A DNA stretch of 64,000 bases from Spirochaetia bacterium (GTDB lineage Bacteria; Spirochaetota; Spirochaetia; UBA9216): positions 1,056,001 to 1,120,000 of the forward strand of contig OY776510.1 of NCBI GenBank assembly GCA_963675665.1, in the 5' to 3' direction. Positions within the stretch are counted from its first letter, which is position 1. Every line of letters begins with the position of its first letter. Of the stretch, positions 59,075 through 64,000 are shown one piece after another. The notes beneath the pieces are model-generated. The model was not told the origin of the DNA. It ran no database searches and was given only the letters and a program-made list of their open reading frames with translations. Position numbers and translations under genes: made by a program.

Positions 59075-60100
59075 TTAAAATAAAGAATTGTCCTTCAGAC
59101 AGACTATGTCCCTATCCGGTTTAAAGAGCTTCATATCAGTAAATGCGGCTATAACCCATTTGTTCGGGGTGTTTATCTGGATATAACGCCCGTCCTGACG
59201 TAGAGAATATCTTCCTGATACAGGCCGGTGCCCTCCGAAAATTCTGCCTTCTTCAGAAGTGATTCCGAAGTTGTATAGTGTTGAAATTACGCTGCCGGGT
59301 TCAGCTGACCCGTTATCGGTCCAGGTAAGATTGTATATTACGTCATCAGTATCATAGGCATTTATAACCTCGTTTCTTGTAAGGGCACGCCCGGGTTCGC
59401 AATGACTTACCAGAAAACCCGGGCCTTCGGCCATAAGGGGAAGGGATTTTTCCCATACCCGGATAAGCCTGAGAATTTCTTTGCCCAGAAACGTTTCAAC
59501 CCACTGTTTAACCATTTCTCCCTCAAAAACGAATTTCCTGAACGGGAAATTGCCCTCGCCTTCTTCGTTACCGATATTCTCATGATTACCTTTAAGAAAA
59601 TGGAACTGCCGGGGCAGTGTGCTTTTTACAATTGCAAGCATTTCAAGCAGACCCAGATTTTCCCGCATTTCAAGATCCATGTGTTTATGCTGTCCGAACC
59701 CGGCCAACCACTCTTTCATTGCTTTTTGCCATCTTTCGCGTCCGCGCACTTCACTGTGAAAGGCGTCTCCTACACAGACTACCTGTGCCAGACCGTCGGC
59801 CATGTCGGCTAATACGGACCGGCCGGAAAACCCTGACCAGTTCATAACGGCTGAGAAAAAATCCATCCTTCCGTGAAGGTCGGGGATAATTATAAAGTAT
59901 CCTCCATGAGACAGTCTCACCAGGCTGCCGGAGCCTCCCCTGTCTGAAGCCGGCCGGACTTCTGCCGGTTCGTTGTATAGAGCATTGATTCCGGCCGTTA
60001 GAGAGTCTTTTAGCGCCTTTTTTGAGGGAAAATTCCCGCGGTTCAGAATGTCTTCAAGCATCGCGGGAATTTCCTGCCGGTCGATGTTCCTGCCTCTCAA
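59075..60100 (-). CDS. Calcineurin-like metallophosphoesterase
   Basis: DLHG, GDAFH, GNHE, SH, GGH motifs. Confidence 0.85.
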   Translation of the reverse strand: MRGRNIDRQEIPAMLEDILNRGNFPSKKALKDSLTAGINALYNEPAEVRPASDRGGSGSLVRLSHGGYFIIIPDLHGRMDFFSAVMNWSGFSGRSVLADMADGLAQVVCVGDAFHSEVRGRERWQKAMKEWLAGFGQHKHMDLEMRENLGLLEMLAIVKSTLPRQFHFLKGNHENIGNEEGEGNFPFRKFVFEGEMVKQWVETFLGKEILRLIRVWEKSLPLMAEGPGFLVSHCEPGRALTRNEVINAYDTDDVIYNLTWTDNGSAEPGSVISTLYNFGITSEEGRIFGGHRPVSGRYSLRQDGRYIQINTPNKWVIAAFTDMKLFKPDRDIVCLKDNSLF

Positions 60101-60108
60101 AACCTGCC

Positions 60109-60642
60109 TCAGTTTTCCTGAATTGTGGTTTTATTGATTGAAGTGAAATCCTCGGCAATAAGCAGTGTAACTTCGTCAAGCAATCCTGCCTCTTCTTCCG
60201 GCAGCATTTCTTCCTTTACAACTGCAATCGCATATACCGGGCTGCTCTTTTGGATGGGACCTTTTTCAAATTCGACAGGCATTCCCTTTATGACGTTATC
60301 GTTCAGTATGGATTCTTCTTCGGAGGCTGATTCCGGAACATCGTTCCGCAGCCCGATGCTGAAATATTCAACATTTCGGAAATCATTGATTTCCGGGCCG
60401 ATATTAATCAGTGAACCGGACCATGTCATTATCAGAGCGCCCCTTTGATCATTAATATCGAGGTTGTCGGTTTCTTCCATCTCCCGCTGTTTTGTCTGTT
60501 CCATGAACGCCTGATGTTTTTCAAGCCATCCGCCGGCCATCAGTTCAAGCGAATCTTCGCTGTTTTCCAACCCCGCAGTTTTTACCAGTTTCTTTATATG
60601 TGTCTGCACTTCAGGTTCCAGACCGTTAAATTTTTCACCCAT
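60109..60642 (-). CDS. Hypothetical acidic protein (unknown domain X, standalone)
   Basis: AGGAG RBS then ATG 60642 (MGEKFNGL...); paralogous to the N-terminal part of 60881-61753. Confidence 0.75.
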   Translation of the reverse strand: MGEKFNGLEPEVQTHIKKLVKTAGLENSEDSLELMAGGWLEKHQAFMEQTKQREMEETDNLDINDQRGALIMTWSGSLINIGPEINDFRNVEYFSIGLRNDVPESASEEESILNDNVIKGMPVEFEKGPIQKSSPVYAIAVVKEEMLPEEEAGLLDEVTLLIAEDFTSINKTTIQEN

Positions 60643-60657
60643 TTTTTTCTCCTGAAA

Positions 60658-60758
60658 AATGATCTTGCCGCGACGGCAGATCATTATATATATGAAGTTT
60701 GGAAGCAACGCTTCCAAACTTCAAAAAACATAAAAGACACGGATGTACTTTATGTTTT
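60658..60758. other. Three consecutive hairpins in divergent spacer
   Basis: AATGATCT.GCCG/CGGCAGATCATT (60658-60685); perfect TGAAGTTTGGAAGC-aac-GCTTCCAAACTTCA (60693-60723); imperfect AAAACATAAA..ACA/TGT..TTTATGTTTT (~60725-60758). Confidence 0.7.
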
Positions 60759-60880
60759 ACAGCTGCGAACATAATCCTATCCCCGTTTTCAAAAAAAAAC
60801 CATTTTTTCCGGTAAAATTTGAAAAAAAGTTGTTTTTCAGACGAATTTGATCTATTTTTTGATATGAAGAGAGGAAGGAT

Positions 60881-61753
60881 ATGGATAATAACAGTAAATT
60901 TACGGATCTGCCGAACGCCATACAGCATCATCTGGCTGGTCTTGCAGCGGACTTGAAGAGGCAGAATGATCCTGAATATATGAAAATGCTTTCTGATGTA
61001 TGGTTCCGAAAAGAAGAACTTTTCAGACAGCAGGTCAGGGCAATGAAACTGGTTTTTACGGATGAAGTATCGAACAGGGACACCCGCGGAATGATGGTTC
61101 TTACGTACTCCGGGTCAATTCTCAGTATCGGCCCTGTTTTTTTAACCAGCACAAATATAAATTCCAGCAGATGGATAGAATATTCAAGTATTAAATTGCG
61201 GACCGAAGTTCCCGATATATTAATCGAAAAAAACGCAACGATTTCAGCGCCGTTATTTGCAGGCAAGCCTGTTCTGCTTGAAAATTCCAGGGTTAAGGCT
61301 ACAAGTCCGGCATATATGCTTGCGGTCTGCCCTGAAGGACTGAACGAAGAGGAGCAGGATAAAAGAATTCGTGAAAGTTCTGTTTTTATTACTGCCGGGT
61401 TTATGAAATACAATCGAAGTCTGCAGATTGACAGTAAATTTATTCCTGATCAGTTTACCATGAAATCAATGACGCGTTTTCTTGCAAAGAAGCACGGGCT
61501 TACCGGACAGGAGGCTCGGCTGATAATAGATGATTTCCTGTCTCTTATCGAAACAGGAATGCTGATGGGCGAATCGGTGCCTTTCGGGCGGCTGGGGCGT
61601 TTTTCCGTTAAGATGCGCGACGCTCAAAAACCCCGTGTAATCCGGCATCCTGTTTCCGGAGATGAAATGACTGTAAAGGCAAAGCCTGCAAAGGGTGTTC
61701 CCAAGATTTCTTTTTCAAGTTATATGAAGGAACGTGCAGAAGGTATTTTGTAA
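60881..61753 (+). CDS. Unknown domain X fused to C-terminal HU/IHF DNA-binding domain
   Basis: C-terminal LAKKHGLT..EA..IID.F...I....GESV..GRLGRFSV..R....RHP.SG..M...AK HU/IHF pattern. Confidence 0.8.
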   Translation: MDNNSKFTDLPNAIQHHLAGLAADLKRQNDPEYMKMLSDVWFRKEELFRQQVRAMKLVFTDEVSNRDTRGMMVLTYSGSILSIGPVFLTSTNINSSRWIEYSSIKLRTEVPDILIEKNATISAPLFAGKPVLLENSRVKATSPAYMLAVCPEGLNEEEQDKRIRESSVFITAGFMKYNRSLQIDSKFIPDQFTMKSMTRFLAKKHGLTGQEARLIIDDFLSLIETGMLMGESVPFGRLGRFSVKMRDAQKPRVIRHPVSGDEMTVKAKPAKGVPKISFSSYMKERAEGIL

Positions 61754-61861
61754 ATAATGTAAATTATGTAAAGAGAATGTAAAACATCGACGGATTTCGT
61801 GAATAAATTGATTTATGAAATAATCTATTTTATATGTCGAAGTGCATTATTGGAGATTATC

Positions 61862-63646
61862 ATGAAATACAGATTTATTCTTTTATCCGTTATGTTCATA
61901 ATTTTGCTTTTTATTACATCCTGCGGGAAAGATTCAACAACAGACGACTCAACAACGGGCAACTATAATACGGATACAGGGGGTACTGTTTCGGAAGCCT
62001 CAACAGATGCGGATGAGGCTATGGATCTGAATACAGCCTCACATGAAAGCGACGGGGATTATTCCTTTGACACAGCGGATGTCGTTTCTGTAGTTCTCGG
62101 AGATTCTTCAATTACCATAAACGGTACGGATTATGATTCTTATTCGGGGTCGGGGTTTTCCCGGGATGCCGAAAACAGCATTCTAACTATAACGGAAGCA
62201 GGGGTGTACAGTTTGTCGGGAAGTTTCAGCGACGGACAGGTTGTAGTCAACACTGCCGATGAGGATACGGTGAAAATTATTCTGGATGGGGTATCAGTAG
62301 CCTGCTCGGACAATGCACCTTTGTACATCGAAGCCGCGACGAAAGCAGTAGTTTTCCTTGCTGAATCGACATTGAGCAGCCTTTCTGATTCCGATCGGGA
62401 GAGCGGGATGAAAGCTGTTTTATACAGCGATACGGATCTCAGTATTTGCGGAAGCGGCAGTCTTTCCGTTGAAGCGAACTATAAAGACGGTATTACAGCT
62501 AAAGAAGGTTTGATTATCAACAGCGGCACCATCGAAATAAATTCCGCAGATGACGGGATTCAGGGTGAAGATTACATTATAGTTGAAAACGGGAATATTA
62601 CCGTTTCGGCGGGAGGAGACGGATTTAAAACCGATAATGATTCTGATGAAGGTCTCGGGTATATTTATATAAACGACGGGACCTTTGATATTACAGTACT
62701 AAATGACGGAATACAGGCGGACACCGATATCATCATCAAAGACGGCGATTTTGAAATAAACTCCGGCGGGGGGAATACGGTTGAATTATCGGATGACAGC
62801 GATTCCTGCAAGGGAATCAAAGCGGATGTCAGCATAGTTATCGACGATTGCAGCTTTGATTTTGATACGGCGGATGATTCTGTTCATTGCGACGGTGATA
62901 TCGTTATAGGAAACGGAAGCTTTACAATCAAGGCGGGTGACGATGGAATTCATGCGGATACGTCGATCGAGATAAACGGGGGAGATTATGTGATCTCCAG
63001 GTCATATGAGGGAATAGAAAGCGCGCTGATAACGATAAACGGCGGGAATTTCCATGTGACAGCTGATGACGACGGGATTAATGTGGCGGGCGGTACGGAT
63101 TTTTCAAGCCCGGGATCATTTAACCAGTCGGGTAATTATTATCTTTATATAAACAACGGGTATATAGTTGTAGATTCCGACGGGGACGGTATTGATGTTA
63201 ACGGAACTATTATAATGACAGGAGGCTTGGTAATAGTTAACGGACCGACTGAATCCAATAATGGAGCTATCGATTATGATTTATCTTTTACCATCAGCGG
63301 CGGTACTCTTATAGCTGCCGGCAGCGCCGGTATGGCCCAGGCTCCGGGAACGGCCTCAACCCAATATAGTCTTAATATTGTTTTCGGCAGTAATTTATCA
63401 CCCGGCACAATAATCCATATCAGAAATTCAGACGGCGACGGGATTCTGACGTTTGCTCCGTCAAAATCTTTTCAGTCCCTGATCTTTTCCTCGGACAGTA
63501 TTGTTTATGATTCCGACTATTATCTTTATACCGGAGGAAGCGCCACCGGGAATAAGACGGACGGCCTTTATACAAACGGAACATACACCCCGGGCACCCT
63601 TTATGGAGATTTTACCGTATATGGTGTTGTCACAAATATAGATTAG
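61862..63646 (+). CDS. Cthe_2159/DUF4353-like carbohydrate-binding beta-helix lipoprotein
   Basis: Lipobox FITSC, TITEAGVYSLSG, repeated I...DDGI.A, NGAIDYD, AAGSAGMAQ. Confidence 0.85.
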   Translation: MKYRFILLSVMFIILLFITSCGKDSTTDDSTTGNYNTDTGGTVSEASTDADEAMDLNTASHESDGDYSFDTADVVSVVLGDSSITINGTDYDSYSGSGFSRDAENSILTITEAGVYSLSGSFSDGQVVVNTADEDTVKIILDGVSVACSDNAPLYIEAATKAVVFLAESTLSSLSDSDRESGMKAVLYSDTDLSICGSGSLSVEANYKDGITAKEGLIINSGTIEINSADDGIQGEDYIIVENGNITVSAGGDGFKTDNDSDEGLGYIYINDGTFDITVLNDGIQADTDIIIKDGDFEINSGGGNTVELSDDSDSCKGIKADVSIVIDDCSFDFDTADDSVHCDGDIVIGNGSFTIKAGDDGIHADTSIEINGGDYVISRSYEGIESALITINGGNFHVTADDDGINVAGGTDFSSPGSFNQSGNYYLYINNGYIVVDSDGDGIDVNGTIIMTGGLVIVNGPTESNNGAIDYDLSFTISGGTLIAAGSAGMAQAPGTASTQYSLNIVFGSNLSPGTIIHIRNSDGDGILTFAPSKSFQSLIFSSDSIVYDSDYYLYTGGSATGNKTDGLYTNGTYTPGTLYGDFTVYGVVTNID

Positions 63647-63674
63647 TTTTAAATGCGTGCCGGAGCAATGTTTA

Positions 63675-63730
63675 TTGACAAGGGAGAGTTTAATGTTTTA
63701 ATATGTTAACGATAACAGATAACGTTAACA
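63675..63730 (+). promoter_or_regulatory. Promoter with tandem LacI-type operator palindromes
   Basis: TTGACA at 63675; TGTTAACGATAACA (63704-63717) and GATAACGTTAACA (63718-63730). Confidence 0.6.
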
Positions 63731-63810
63731 GATGCACGTATCTGCATTGTTATTCCGCTTGTAATAACTCCAGCGAAACAGATACTGTTTTGATTGTTTA
63801 GGGAGAATAT

Positions 63811-64000
63811 ATGAACGTAGACGTAGCTTCAACCGGAACCCTTGCTGTTGATTATTTCGGTTTTGTGCCGATACTGGTTCCGGAAGATGGTAAAACAATG
63901 GCCAAAAAGTATGAATATCATCCCGGAGGGGTTGCCGGAAATGTAATTACCCAGCTGGCGAGGTTGGGGTGTTCAACAGGGTGGTTCGGTAAGATTGGTG
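63811..64000 (+). CDS. PfkB-family carbohydrate kinase, N-terminal part truncated by window edge
   Basis: GGGAG RBS; MNVDVASTGTLAVD...PGGVAGNVITQLARLG..TGWFGKIG. Confidence 0.85.
   Translation, partial: MNVDVASTGTLAVDYFGFVPILVPEDGKTMAKKYEYHPGGVAGNVITQLARLGCSTGWFGKIG

Noticed and set aside
1-64000. CRISPR arrays, tRNA, rRNA, prophage genes
   Set aside because: No regularly spaced repeats, cloverleaf/rRNA signatures or phage hallmark proteins were recognised by eye.

Overview
Bacterial chromosomal window, probably from an anaerobic Spirochaetales organism. This is inferred from the 'FAVAGGAQE'-type binding-protein signal peptide, spirochaete-like lipoboxes and tungsten enzymes. Contents in order: (1) the end of a sugar-catabolic operon (SDR, MBL hydrolase, RpiB-like isomerase, split transketolase); (2) a TetR-linked operon whose tungsten aldehyde:ferredoxin oxidoreductase (AOR) carries two tandem SCP2 lipid/sterol-carrier domains, plus MoaD and a radical SAM maturase; (3) a two-component pair, a B12 radical SAM, a ferrodoxin and a GGDEF protein; (4) a GntR/TRAP catabolic operon with a lactonase, a Tm-1-like protein, a class II aldolase and a second AOR; (5) an AT-rich ROK-regulated sugar ABC island with a duplicated promoter, two Gfo/Idh/MocA paralogs, an IS256 remnant, and a group IIC intron inserted behind a terminator whose RT gene is split by an intact IS66; (6) rimK/protease, an LVIVD lipoprotein, DHH, a methyltransferase, cobalamin-riboswitch-controlled cobT, and an LMW-PTP/fructosamine kinase pair; (7) a long minus-strand run containing a Ser/Thr kinase, metallophosphatase, two degenerate FHA proteins, vWA, DUF362, a TCS and a MacB-type ABC transporter. 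This run is headed by an unknown-domain protein whose paralog, fused to an HU/IHF domain, is transcribed divergently across a hairpin-rich spacer. The best novelty candidates are the kinase/FHA/vWA/unknown-domain-HU locus and the SCP2-SCP2-AOR operon. No rRNA, tRNA or CRISPR array was seen. All protein calls come from motif recognition, not database searches.
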